A DNA stretch of 64,000 bases from a virus (IMGVR_UViG_3300030104_006433:1-64000), one strand, 5' to 3'; shown: positions 9,617 through 18,562, counted from the first letter of the stretch. Numbers and translations: made by a program. Notes: generated from the sequence alone by a model not told the origin.

Positions 9617-10168
9617 ATGAGTTTAAGAAAACAAAGTTTAGAAGTAAGAAATAAAGTTAAAGAAAAATTAAAAGAAATCACAGGATTTACATTTTGTGAG
9701 TATTATAATGACCTATATGGGAGAAAAGGTGGTTATGAAGTTAGAAGAATTAAAGGTATTATTATTGATCGGACAACAAATTATGATGAAAATCCAGATA
9801 AAGATTGGCACCATAAAAATGATTCTTTAAAATGGAAAGAAAAAATTGATGCAATGGATTTTGGAAATGATTTTAAAGTTGAATTTAACCCTGTTAGTAA
9901 AGCAAGAAGTATGGGCCTTGATTGGGTGAAAGAAAGTAGAAGAAGATGGGTTGAAGGACATAAAGATGGAAGTTTTTATTACTATGATGATTCACCTTCA
10001 GGTCCACCAAGGGGTACTGCTGAGGAGTATGATTATAGATTTAATAATTTAGATTATTACTTTACAATTAGAGTTATTTACAAAGATGAAATTGGTAGAT
10101 ATACACCTAGTGGAGTTATTAAAGATGGAAGTAGAGATAAAAATGGTAAATATTTTACAGGAAGTTAA
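9617..10168 (+). CDS. Hypothetical protein
   Basis: 183-aa ORF. Confidence 0.7.
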   Translation: MSLRKQSLEVRNKVKEKLKEITGFTFCEYYNDLYGRKGGYEVRRIKGIIIDRTTNYDENPDKDWHHKNDSLKWKEKIDAMDFGNDFKVEFNPVSKARSMGLDWVKESRRRWVEGHKDGSFYYYDDSPSGPPRGTAEEYDYRFNNLDYYFTIRVIYKDEIGRYTPSGVIKDGSRDKNGKYFTGS

Positions 10169-10169
10169 A

Positions 10170-10628
10170 ATGAAAAAGATAAATAAAGCAACAATAATAG
10201 ATCATTTTGATTATAAAGACCTTTATATAGGCAACTCCTCAGATTTTGAAAAATTACCTGAAGATGAAAAATTTAATGACGAATATATGATTGATGTAGA
10301 CCCAGGAATGTATCAAATGATATATTGGAATGATGAGGGTCCTGATTCTATGAGTCACAATAGTAAAAAAGAATATATAATAGAATCAGTTACTAATTTT
10401 TGGGGTGAAGATCAATTCATTCAAAAATTTCAAATTGAAGATAAAATCGATGAGTCAGGAGATGAGTGGGAAAGTGTTTTTAATAAACATGTAGAAGATA
10501 ATTTAGACATGTACTTTGAAGAATTAAAAAAATGTATTAACGATTCATATCCTGATAAAGATTCATCTCATGGAATTGTTCTTTTAGAAAATGATAAAAT
10601 AATAGCAGGTGAAGCAAGTAAAATATGA
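10170..10628 (+). CDS. Acidic hypothetical protein (start moved from 10086)
   Basis: In-frame ATG 1 nt after the upstream stop. Confidence 0.65.
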   Translation: MKKINKATIIDHFDYKDLYIGNSSDFEKLPEDEKFNDEYMIDVDPGMYQMIYWNDEGPDSMSHNSKKEYIIESVTNFWGEDQFIQKFQIEDKIDESGDEWESVFNKHVEDNLDMYFEELKKCINDSYPDKDSSHGIVLLENDKIIAGEASKI

Positions 10629-11074
10629 TGAATAAAAAATATATTTTATATACTACTAATATTGAATATGACACTGGAGAAGATGGTTATATGTACCAAC
10701 TAGTAGAAGCAAAAACAGGTGAAGAAAATGAAATTGGATTTGATCAACTACATTTTGATAAAAATGATAATCTTTTACAATTAGGTGTTGATTTTAATGA
10801 TTATGAACAAACCAGCTACCAAGAAGAAGAAGTATCTAAAGAAGAAGCTTTACAAGTATATAGTGAATTATTACATACTAAACAAAATAGATATAATATA
10901 AATAATCCTAAGTCAAAATTATTTGAATTAAATGAAAATGAAAAAGATACAAAAACATTAAATGCTTTAACTAAAAAATATGGTAAGGATATTGTTTTAT
11001 TTTGGCTAACAAATGGAAATTATGGAGAAAAATCAGATTGGGAAATTAAATATGAACAAGAAGAAAATAAATAA
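10625..11074 (+). CDS. Hypothetical protein
   Basis: ATGA overlap. Confidence 0.65.
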   Translation: MMNKKYILYTTNIEYDTGEDGYMYQLVEAKTGEENEIGFDQLHFDKNDNLLQLGVDFNDYEQTSYQEEEVSKEEALQVYSELLHTKQNRYNINNPKSKLFELNENEKDTKTLNALTKKYGKDIVLFWLTNGNYGEKSDWEIKYEQEENK

Positions 11075-11603
11075 ACTAGCAGAAGAAATATCTTTTAGAT
11101 TATTAGCAACTAAAAAACATGAAGATTTTGATTGGTTAGTTAAAAAATTATACTTGTTAGTTGATTCTGATTATGCAAAAGTAGTAAATGAAGAAAATTA
11201 CTTCAAAAAATACACTGAAGAAGAATGGAAGTATGAATTAGATCTAAATGTTGAGATGGCTAAAGAATTATTGGCTTATCAAAGAACACCACCATCAAAA
11301 AGAGTATGGGAAGACTTAGCTTCTGATTTATTACAATTACAGAAAAAAACTAACATTCCTACTAGTTTTACTTTTTTTGAAGAATGGGTTGAGAGTCAAA
11401 AAGTAAATGGATTACCTAACCTAAGTAGTGGTTCATTTTTTACAGGTTTAACTGATATAGATGGTTTATTAAGTGCTATGAATTTTGAGGAGTATGATAA
11501 AAAAACAGGAGAGGATTTATACACAGATGAAGAGTATGATAAAGCACAAAAATACCATACTGAAAAAATAAATAATGAAATTCCAGATTGGACTAAATAT
11601 TAA
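11052..11603 (+). CDS. Hypothetical protein (start probably 11052)
   Basis: ORF in operon. Confidence 0.65.
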   Translation: MNKKKINKLAEEISFRLLATKKHEDFDWLVKKLYLLVDSDYAKVVNEENYFKKYTEEEWKYELDLNVEMAKELLAYQRTPPSKRVWEDLASDLLQLQKKTNIPTSFTFFEEWVESQKVNGLPNLSSGSFFTGLTDIDGLLSAMNFEEYDKKTGEDLYTDEEYDKAQKYHTEKINNEIPDWTKY

Positions 11604-11785
11604 TGGGAAAAATAGGAAAATACTTACGCAAGAAAAAACACAGATCTTATTTAGAAAAATCTGTTATTGAAATGAGAAGTAAAATATGTAGGCAAGCTTG
11701 TTTAACAGGAAATGTTGACTTGAATGATAGACATTTATTCTTAAAATATAATAATAGGTTAAAAAAATGGGATGATGAAAATTAA
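11603..11785 (+). CDS. Small basic hypothetical protein
   Basis: TAATG coupling. Confidence 0.6.
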   Translation: MGKIGKYLRKKKHRSYLEKSVIEMRSKICRQACLTGNVDLNDRHLFLKYNNRLKKWDDEN

Positions 11786-11790
11786 AAATT

Positions 11791-12345
11791 ATGAATTTCT
11801 TTTCTGACATTAAAATAAAAAGAGGATTTAATCAAAGAGTTTATGATGAGTATGGGCCTGAAGGATTAATAAAGTATTTGTTAAGTGTAGATGAAATACC
11901 TAAAAATTTAGATTTAACTAAACTTAAAAAAATACTTAAATCTGGTGATGTAATTGGAAGAATTGTTGAAGATTTATATGCTGAAAAACATGGATGTTTA
12001 ATATCAGAATCTGATAATCAAAATACTATAGGTTATGATGCTGAATTTAAAGATGGTACTAGAAAAGAATTAAAATCAACTTCTACAAAAACAATAAAAA
12101 ATATGTTACAAATAAATAATGTTCACACGAAAGAGAATGAATGTCATTTCATGGTAATATTAGATTTATATAATTATAGAATGTTTGAGATACCACATAA
12201 TGACTTTTTTGATAAATTTAGTTTTTATTACACTTATGACAAATACGGAAGGAAAAAAACAAGTAAAATGGTTTGGGATGCTGAATATTCAGGTACTAGA
12301 GCTAAAAGAAATACTGATTTATTAATTAAATATGAAATAAAATGA
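11791..12345 (+). CDS. Putative PD-(D/E)xK restriction-endonuclease-like protein
   Basis: GRIVE...GYDA...ELKS spacing fits the E..D..ExK catalytic triad. Confidence 0.45.
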   Translation: MNFFSDIKIKRGFNQRVYDEYGPEGLIKYLLSVDEIPKNLDLTKLKKILKSGDVIGRIVEDLYAEKHGCLISESDNQNTIGYDAEFKDGTRKELKSTSTKTIKNMLQINNVHTKENECHFMVILDLYNYRMFEIPHNDFFDKFSFYYTYDKYGRKKTSKMVWDAEYSGTRAKRNTDLLIKYEIK

Positions 12346-12617
12346 AGATAAAAATAATCATGATATTAATAATAACAAACATAATATCTTGTGTTTGGTT
12401 ATTAGGAGAAAACCGTACCACAAATAGAGAAAATGATGGATTGGTTAAGGAAATGAATCAAGTAAAATATGAGAGAGATACCTTAGCAGACCAATATGTT
12501 GAATTGTTAGAGGATTATGGCAGATGTTTTGATGAGGTATTACGATTAGAGGATGAGAATCAAATATTAGGTAGCTTAGTTGCTAGTGGAGATGAAAATA
12601 ATTTAACAATGCAATAA
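12342..12617 (+). CDS. Membrane-anchored coiled-coil protein
   Basis: N-terminal TM segment plus heptad repeats. Confidence 0.6.
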   Translation: MKIKIIMILIITNIISCVWLLGENRTTNRENDGLVKEMNQVKYERDTLADQYVELLEDYGRCFDEVLRLEDENQILGSLVASGDENNLTMQ

Positions 12618-12618
12618 A

Positions 12619-12843
12619 ATGAAAGGAGTTCAAAACATACTTTTTAGATACAATGAACAAATAAGCAAATGGGATTGCTTTAGTAGAGATGACTATAAGG
12701 ATTATTGGAACAGACGTTCCTTAATTTATGTAGGAAGAGGAGATACACCTAGACAGGCTTTAAAAGTGTATAGAAATATGAAAGCAAATGGAATTGAACC
12801 TTGGGTTCAAGGAATTGACCCAAATGAAAAAAGATCATATTAA
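12619..12843 (+). CDS. Hypothetical protein
   Basis: ORF in operon. Confidence 0.6.
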   Translation: MKGVQNILFRYNEQISKWDCFSRDDYKDYWNRRSLIYVGRGDTPRQALKVYRNMKANGIEPWVQGIDPNEKRSY

Positions 12844-12844
12844 A

Positions 12845-12932
12845 AACCTTTGTACGTAAATATTTGGCTTCTGGTTAAATTGATGTTATATTTATGAGGT
12901 AAGAAAGTTAAGAAATATATAAAATAAAGGTT
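12845..12932 (+). promoter_or_regulatory. Early promoter+leader cassette
   Basis: AACCTTTGTACGTAAATATTTGGC...GATGTTATATTTATGAGGTAAGAAAGTTAAGAAATATATAAAATAAAGGTT-ATG. Confidence 0.85.
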
Positions 12933-13079
12933 ATGAATAGAGTAGAATTATTAGATAAATTAGAAGAGTTAAGTATTGAATATCAAATGGCATTAGATTG
13001 GGGAAAAATCCAACATTTATCTGTGGATGGGCTTAAGAATGTTTTAGATATGGTGGAGAGAATTTATAAATTAAGATAA
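12933..13079 (+). CDS. 48-aa early protein (not in the ORF track)
   Basis: MNRVELLDKLEELSIEYQ... begins at the cassette ATG. Confidence 0.65.
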   Translation: MNRVELLDKLEELSIEYQMALDWGKIQHLSVDGLKNVLDMVERIYKLR

Positions 13080-13093
13080 AAAATTAAGGTTAT

Positions 13094-13537
13094 ATGGCAT
13101 TATTCAAATTTCAAAATTTAAACAAACATGGTAATCTAAGAACTAGAATAGTTCATAGTCCCACCTCACAATTTTCATTTAAACCAAAAGGCTTTGGAAA
13201 ATTTGTAAATGTACAAAGATTTTATTATGAAATGGAACATGCATATTTAAGTGCTGCATTATGGATTAATAATGAGGGTGATAAAATATTATTACCAACA
13301 ATGCAAAAAGTACATCCAAAAACAACATTGGATGATATTAAAGTAATTAGACCAAAACCTAAAAAAAGAACAGAACCTATCATAGAAACTAATATTAGCA
13401 GCTCAGGTGAAGTTACTTATGAAACTAAATACTACCCAGATTCAGGTAATTACTATTGTAGTTGTCCAGGTACATGGAGAGCGAAAGATAGAAGATGTAA
13501 ACATATTAAAGCATTAGAATTAAAAAATAAAAAATAG
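13094..13537 (+). CDS. SWIM zinc-finger protein
   Basis: C-terminal CSCP-x9-CKH. Confidence 0.75.
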   Translation: MALFKFQNLNKHGNLRTRIVHSPTSQFSFKPKGFGKFVNVQRFYYEMEHAYLSAALWINNEGDKILLPTMQKVHPKTTLDDIKVIRPKPKKRTEPIIETNISSSGEVTYETKYYPDSGNYYCSCPGTWRAKDRRCKHIKALELKNKK

Positions 13538-13686
13538 ATGAGCAAATTGGAAGAATTACTTTATAATGCTGAAGAGCATGGGCAAAGATTTAAAATGTTT
13601 GAAGAAATTGAAAAAATAAAATTAAAACATCCTAATTTACCTTTGGAAAAAGTATATGAAAAGGCTTATCAAAAAACAATGAAGGT

Positions 13687-13830
13687 ATGAGAAGTAAAGA
13701 AGAAATAATGTTGGCAAAATTAATAATAGGAATATCAGGATTTGTGTTAGTAGCTGTTTTTCCACCTATTTTATTTGTAGGAATATTAGGATGGGCTGGA
13801 TACACTTTATATAAAAATAATGCAAGATAA
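13687..13830 (+). CDS. 47-aa membrane microprotein
   Basis: Long hydrophobic stretch LIIGISGFVLVAVFPPILFVGILGWAGY. Confidence 0.55.
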   Translation: MRSKEEIMLAKLIIGISGFVLVAVFPPILFVGILGWAGYTLYKNNAR

Positions 13831-14299
13831 AGTATTAGATTATATTAAAGATGTTTTAGAAGTCCCAAGACAAGAATATAATGGAATGCCAGCTTGTCCT
13901 TTTGCAAAACAAGAAAGAGAATCAAATAATATCTATTTAGATGAAATAAGTGATGAGAATGATTTTTTGATGTGTATGAATAAATTTGTTCATTCAAATA
14001 AAAACTCAGCTGTGTTTATTCAAAATGAAGAAATAGATGAAAAAGAAACTAAAGCTTATGAGATTTTTTTAAATAATATATTAAATGAATTAGACATAAA
14101 TTATTGGAAAGCAATTTGTATTAATCCAAATGATAAATTAAATGTTGAAGGATTAAATATTAGATCATTAGCACCTTGTTTTTTAATATTAATTAATCCA
14201 AAAAAACAAATAAATGAAGCTCATTCATCACTTTTAAAAACAAAGTATTTTGATAAAATGAGTAATAAGTATAAAAAATATTTAGGAAAAATAAAATGA
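13820..14299 (+). CDS. Hypothetical protein, DUF1415-like N-terminus
   Basis: PACPFAK motif. Confidence 0.5.
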   Translation: MQDKVLDYIKDVLEVPRQEYNGMPACPFAKQERESNNIYLDEISDENDFLMCMNKFVHSNKNSAVFIQNEEIDEKETKAYEIFLNNILNELDINYWKAICINPNDKLNVEGLNIRSLAPCFLILINPKKQINEAHSSLLKTKYFDKMSNKYKKYLGKIK

Positions 14300-14376
14300 T
14301 AGAAATAGTTTGTATATTCTTTATTGGTTTAGCTCTAATTGGAGTTTGGGTCATTGAAGGTGAAGTAAAAAAATAA
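14296..14376 (+). CDS. 26-aa single-TM microprotein
   Basis: MIEIVCIFFIGLALIGVWVIEGEVKK; ATGA coupling. Confidence 0.5.
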   Translation: MIEIVCIFFIGLALIGVWVIEGEVKK

Positions 14377-14377
14377 T

Positions 14378-14465
14378 AACCTTTGCACGTAAATGTTTGG
14401 CTACTGGGGATATTGATGTTATATTTACGAGGTAAGTAAGTTAAGAAATATATAAAATAAAGGTT
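14378..14465 (+). promoter_or_regulatory. Early promoter+leader cassette
   Basis: From GATGTTATATTTACG to the ATG it is identical to the 9087 copy. Confidence 0.85.
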
Positions 14466-14654
14466 ATGTTAAGCAGAGAAAATATAGAAAAGTTAAGTTT
14501 TAGTTGGAGTAGTAAATCTCAATATGATTGGGAATTAAGTTGTAATTTAAATTCAGATAATCCAGTTATCACATGGGATGAATATATTGAAGCAAATGAT
14601 AGACATGCTTCATTTGAGATTGCGTTTGAGAAATTAGGTGTTAAATTTATATAA
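14466..14654 (+). CDS. Hypothetical early protein
   Basis: First gene after the cassette. Confidence 0.7.
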   Translation: MLSRENIEKLSFSWSSKSQYDWELSCNLNSDNPVITWDEYIEANDRHASFEIAFEKLGVKFI

Positions 14655-14664
14655 AATAAAGGTT

Positions 14665-14829
14665 ATGGGAGTTCAAGAAGTAATATTAAAAATAGAAGAA
14701 CCAACAAGAGAAGATAAAATTAAACAATTAATTAAATACTTAGATGGAATGTTAGAATTTGATTCCAAAATAGGTACAGTTGTTGATTGTGGAGTTTGTA
14801 GTAATAGTGGTTGTAAAGTTTGTAAATAA
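14665..14829 (+). CDS. Small protein with C-terminal CxxC-x4-CxxC zinc site (start moved from 14638)
   Basis: AAAGGTT-ATG; CGVCSNSGCKVC. Confidence 0.6.
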   Translation: MGVQEVILKIEEPTREDKIKQLIKYLDGMLEFDSKIGTVVDCGVCSNSGCKVCK

Positions 14830-14841
14830 AAAATTAAGGTT

Positions 14842-14973
14842 ATGAAAAAAGTTTTAAAATATATTAATAGTAATATAATAGAGTTAGTAGCACTTAGAGA
14901 CACAGCAATTTTAGTTGTTATGTTTTACATTGCTTGGTTAATTGTTAAATTTGCAATTTTAAATTTATCATGA
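14842..14973 (+). CDS. 43-aa membrane microprotein
   Basis: AAGGTT-ATG start; hydrophobic C-terminal half. Confidence 0.55.
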   Translation: MKKVLKYINSNIIELVALRDTAILVVMFYIAWLIVKFAILNLS

Positions 14974-15215
14974 GAGAAAATATAAAAAGATATACAGTAG
15001 TAATAGACACATATGTCTATGCTCAAGGAGATGAAGAAGCTAGAAAAATAGCTCACAGTATTAAAAGAAATATTACTGAAGGTGATCATACTAAAGTGAT
15101 AGAAATATCAGAAACACCATTTGCGAGTCTTCAATCTAGAGAATTAAAAGATCTCAGTGAACCAAAAATAAATGGAGATACAGTTTGGACTGAGAAAGAT
15201 GAATTACCATTTTAA
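14970..15215 (+). CDS. Small protein with SSB-like acidic tail
   Basis: Ends in ...KDELPF. Confidence 0.6.
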   Translation: MRENIKRYTVVIDTYVYAQGDEEARKIAHSIKRNITEGDHTKVIEISETPFASLQSRELKDLSEPKINGDTVWTEKDELPF

Positions 15216-15370
15216 TTATGAAAAAAATGAAAGGTAGATATTATTGTGAAGAAAATGATAGTCCAACTTATCAAGCTATAATAGCTGAAAAGTTAAGGTT
15301 TGAAAAGAAAGAAATTATCTCAACAAAAAGAGGAAAGAGAAAAGTACGAGTCAAAGTGACTATTGACTAG

Positions 15371-15541
15371 TGTGCCACACATGATGAGAAATAGTGTAGT
15401 TAACTATAGTGGATATACGGGTGATGGACAGGAAGAGCCACTTAACGTGATGACGCCCAGGTTTAGATTAGCCTGCCGAAATAAAAATAAGGTATAAAAC
15501 TAAAGACAACGGTTCCTTAGCTTAATCTACTTTAAACCCCC
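15371..15541 (+). ncRNA. Candidate structured intergenic RNA
   Basis: GC-richer 170-nt gap; helices GGGTG/CGCCC, GGTTTA/TAAACC, TAGATTA/TAATCTA, CTAA/TTAG. Confidence 0.35.
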
Positions 15542-15622
15542 CTGTGGATATGCTTGGCTTCTGGCTAAATTGACGTTATATTTATGATGTAAGTAAGTTA
15601 AGAAAAACGTTAAATTAAGGTT
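15534..15622 (+). promoter_or_regulatory. Early promoter+leader cassette
   Basis: CTTGGC...GTTATATTTATGATGTAAGTAAGTTAAGAAA...AAGGTT-ATG. Confidence 0.85.
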
Positions 15623-15988
15623 ATGAATAAATTTAGTATTAAAAATCAGGAAGAAAAAGTTGAATGTTTAATGTGGATCTCAGATCTATATAAAGACGTT
15701 TATGGTTTTAGACCAAGAGGTTATAATTTTGAAGCATGGTCATTTCAAGAATTAACTGATTTTGTTAATGACTTATCTGAGGAGAGTGAAAAAGAAGCTG
15801 AGTATGAGAGACAAATGGAGGAAAAAGCAATTAAAGATGTTATGTCTTTAGGTTGTAATAAAGAAACAGCTTTAAGATGGTTAGATCAAGCAGATGCTTA
15901 TTTTATTTATGGTGATGATGAGTTTTATCAAGATAGTATTGATAAGTATGGTTGGGTGGTTAAACACTTTGATAACACTTGTGTGTAA
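15623..15988 (+). CDS. Conserved-looking phage protein
   Basis: ISDLYKDVYGFRPR motif, recurrent in phage early proteins. Confidence 0.7.
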   Translation: MNKFSIKNQEEKVECLMWISDLYKDVYGFRPRGYNFEAWSFQELTDFVNDLSEESEKEAEYERQMEEKAIKDVMSLGCNKETALRWLDQADAYFIYGDDEFYQDSIDKYGWVVKHFDNTCV

Positions 15989-16069
15989 GTGTTTGGCCTC
16001 CAGGTAAATGGATGTTATATTTACGAGGTAAGTAAGTTAAGAAATACGTAAAAATTAAAAATTAAGGTT
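15974..16069 (+). promoter_or_regulatory. Early promoter+leader cassette
   Basis: TTTGGC...GATGTTATATTTACGAGGTAAGTAAGTTAAGAAA...AAGGTT-ATG. Confidence 0.85.
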
Positions 16070-16834
16070 ATGTTAAAAGAAAATGTTAAAATAGTTAAGA
16101 GATGGAAGCCAGAATTGGTTAAGATGAATGATATTAAATTCGATAAGAATTTATTCAAACCAATGAAAACAGGTAAAAAAGTGGATTCACTTTTAAGTAG
16201 TGAAGGTGGGTTAATGAAAGGTACAAATTTTGCTTTTGTTGGAGATCCAGGAGTTGGTAAAAGTACTGTTATGTTAGATATTTTATCTGATCTACAAAAG
16301 AAAAAACAAAAAGTATTATTCATCTCAGGTGAGATGACAAGCATTGATATGTTTGGTTATGTTAAAAGATTTCCTAAATTTGGTAAATTACCTATTTTGT
16401 TTATGGGTGATTACATAGAAAAAGATCCAATGGTTGTATTAACTAGTGTTTTGAGTGAAGGATTTGATGTTGTGTTAATAGATAGTATGGCTGAAGTTTG
16501 TACTAATATTGTTGATTACCATGGAGGTACTATGAAAAATGCTGAAACTAAAGTATTGAACTTATTAGAGAAGCATAACAAAGCTGAAAATTTAAATAAA
16601 ACAAATACCACGTTTTTAATAATTCAACAAGTTACTAAAGGTGGTGAATTTGCAGGATCAAATAGATTTAAACATATGTTAACTGGAATGGGTCATATGA
16701 AATTTACTGAAGGAAGTAGAGTATTATTTTTCAGTAAAAATAGAAGAGGTGGCCAAATGGATAAATTACATTTTAGTTTAGATCAAAAGAATCACGTTGG
16801 TTGGTTATTCACAGAAGCAATGAACGGAGAGTAA
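16070..16834 (+). CDS. RecA-superfamily ATPase, RadA/Sms-like (no Zn finger or Lon-like domain)
   Basis: Walker A GDPGVGKST, LFISGE, Walker B VLIDS, QVTKGGEFAGS...HM, KNR. Confidence 0.8.
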   Translation: MLKENVKIVKRWKPELVKMNDIKFDKNLFKPMKTGKKVDSLLSSEGGLMKGTNFAFVGDPGVGKSTVMLDILSDLQKKKQKVLFISGEMTSIDMFGYVKRFPKFGKLPILFMGDYIEKDPMVVLTSVLSEGFDVVLIDSMAEVCTNIVDYHGGTMKNAETKVLNLLEKHNKAENLNKTNTTFLIIQQVTKGGEFAGSNRFKHMLTGMGHMKFTEGSRVLFFSKNRRGGQMDKLHFSLDQKNHVGWLFTEAMNGE

Positions 16835-16905
16835 TATTCAGAATCATAACCTGATAAATAGGGGTGGCATCTTAACTTACAACTTACCTTAAGCCACCCC
16901 TTCTC
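16835..16905 (+). ncRNA. Candidate antisense sRNA / 3'UTR hairpin complementary to the early leader
   Basis: 9-bp stem AGGGGTGGC/GCCACCCCT; loop carries TCTTAACTTAC and ACTTACCT; CATAACCT lies upstream; all are reverse complements of leader blocks. Confidence 0.6.
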
Positions 16906-16907
16906 TT

Positions 16908-16996
16908 ACCTTTGTACACAAATGTTTGGCTACCGGTTAAATGGATGTTATATTTATGAGGTAAGAAAGTTAAGAAACACAATAAAAATTAAGGTT
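16908..16996 (+). promoter_or_regulatory. Early promoter+leader cassette
   Basis: ACCTTTGTACACAAATGTTTGGC...GATGTTATATTTATGAGGTAAGAAAGTTAAGAAA...AAGGTT-ATG. Confidence 0.85.
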
Positions 16997-17404
16997 ATGA
17001 AAAAAGTAGAAATTAAAAAAGCAGTAAAGATAGTTCAGGATGAATTAACTAAGTATGGTTTAATGACACCAGGTAATGGTATTGATTTTAAAGTTTCAAT
17101 TATGGTGGAACAAATTGAGAATGATAGAGGTAGAGTGGTTCCACATTTAGTAGCTAAGTGGAATGAAACAGCTAGTATGATTAATGAGACTAAAGATGGT
17201 TTTACATATGGTATATTAGAGAGAGAAAGTTTTGGTGAATTAAATAGATATTTTTGTGCTGAATTATTCGTTAAAGGTATTACTCAAAGAGCAGCATGGA
17301 TTAAAGCTGATCATAAAGATTGTGTTGAGTATTTAAAATCAGAACCATTTGGCCACCCAGCACTGTTTCCAGTGTGGAAAGAGAGTCAAAAAGTAAGTGC
17401 GTAA
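16997..17404 (+). CDS. Hypothetical early protein (start moved from 16922)
   Basis: In-frame ATG at the cassette end. Confidence 0.7.
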   Translation: MKKVEIKKAVKIVQDELTKYGLMTPGNGIDFKVSIMVEQIENDRGRVVPHLVAKWNETASMINETKDGFTYGILERESFGELNRYFCAELFVKGITQRAAWIKADHKDCVEYLKSEPFGHPALFPVWKESQKVSA

Positions 17405-17484
17405 ATGTTTGGCTACCAGGGATATTGATGTTATATTTAGGTATAAGTAAGTTAAGAAATACGTTAAATTAAAAAATAAAGGTT
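17404..17484 (+). promoter_or_regulatory. Early promoter+leader cassette
   Basis: ATGTTTGGC...GATGTTATATTTAGGTATAAGTAAGTTAAGAAA...AAAGGTT-ATG. Confidence 0.85.
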
Positions 17485-18255
17485 ATGTTAAAATTAGAAA
17501 AATTAAATAATAAAGTTGTAGAATTAGATAATAAGATTTGGTCAATAAGGGTTGAAAATGAAAATTCAACTTCAACTGTTTTAAAAAATTCATATTTTCC
17601 ATTTATTGATGAAGTTAAATTTGCTGGTGAAGATTATATTTACTTGAATAATAAAGATGGTAAAGAAATTTGCACATTATCACTTAGAAAAAAACATTGG
17701 AATGATGTTAATTTTAACTATATGGAGATTGGTTATTATTCAACTAGAGTTAGTACTAATGATTCATTCGAAATGGATAGATTAATTACATTAGGAAAAA
17801 TAACAGAAATTGTAAAAACAAATTCCGAGTCAATATTATTTGATATTCATAATTTAAGAAAAGAAAATAGTAAAGAAATAAGTAAATTAAGTAAAGAAAA
17901 GTATTCATTAGAAAAAGAAATAAATACCTTAAACAAAGAAATAAAAGACAAAGCAAAAGAAGAAAATTTAAAAACTCTGTTTAACGGTGTTAATATAGAG
18001 CCTACATATATACAGGTTAGAAGTAATACTCATGTTAGTAATGTTAAGAATATTAAATTCAAAAAATGGACTAATGATACTAAAAGATCACTTACAATTG
18101 AGTTCACATGTGATCACAATATCTATAATTTTGAGGAAGAAAAATATAATACTACAACTAGAGTTTTTGAGTATGATAAAGTGAGACTTGATAATGTAAG
18201 ACATTTCATTTGTGATTTGAATGAGTTTTTACCTAAAGTAAAAGAATTAGTATAA
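17485..18255 (+). CDS. Hypothetical coiled-coil early protein
   Basis: 256-aa ORF after the cassette. Confidence 0.75.
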   Translation: MLKLEKLNNKVVELDNKIWSIRVENENSTSTVLKNSYFPFIDEVKFAGEDYIYLNNKDGKEICTLSLRKKHWNDVNFNYMEIGYYSTRVSTNDSFEMDRLITLGKITEIVKTNSESILFDIHNLRKENSKEISKLSKEKYSLEKEINTLNKEIKDKAKEENLKTLFNGVNIEPTYIQVRSNTHVSNVKNIKFKKWTNDTKRSLTIEFTCDHNIYNFEEEKYNTTTRVFEYDKVRLDNVRHFICDLNEFLPKVKELV

Positions 18256-18332
18256 TGAAAATAATATTATTAATAATAGTAGGTGTCTGTTTAATAGGAT
18301 TGTGGATTAAAGGAATTGATATTATAAATTAA
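18255..18332 (+). CDS. 25-aa single-TM microprotein
   Basis: MKIILLIIVGVCLIGLWIKGIDIIN; TAATG coupling. Confidence 0.5.
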   Translation: MKIILLIIVGVCLIGLWIKGIDIIN

Positions 18333-18343
18333 AAATAAAGGTT

Positions 18344-18562
18344 ATGTATAAAGTTAGATTAAGAAAACCATATGGAAAAATTTATAATGAAATAGCTACA
18401 TTTGAACAAGAATGGTTTGCTAAAGAATTTGTTGATGCAATTAAAGGTAAATTGTATGATGTAGTTGAAATTCATGAGGGTAAAAAAGTGATCTATTCAA
18501 CTCAAAAAAGAGTATTGAATAATCATGATGTTAACTTAAGGAATAAAAAAGAAATAATATAA
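18344..18562 (+). CDS. Hypothetical protein
   Basis: AAAGGTT-ATG start. Confidence 0.65.
   Translation: MYKVRLRKPYGKIYNEIATFEQEWFAKEFVDAIKGKLYDVVEIHEGKKVIYSTQKRVLNNHDVNLRNKKEII

Noticed and set aside
3116-16996. Longer ORF-track starts at 3116, 7271, 10086, 11013, 14638, 16922 (also 55856)
   Set aside because: Extensions run through promoter cassettes or upstream genes; downstream in-frame starts have the conserved context
7318-17484. Repeated 70-95 bp elements as a CRISPR array or integron attC sites
   Set aside because: Spacing is hundreds to thousands of bp with whole genes between copies; no cas or integrase gene; repeats are not palindromic and match promoter consensus
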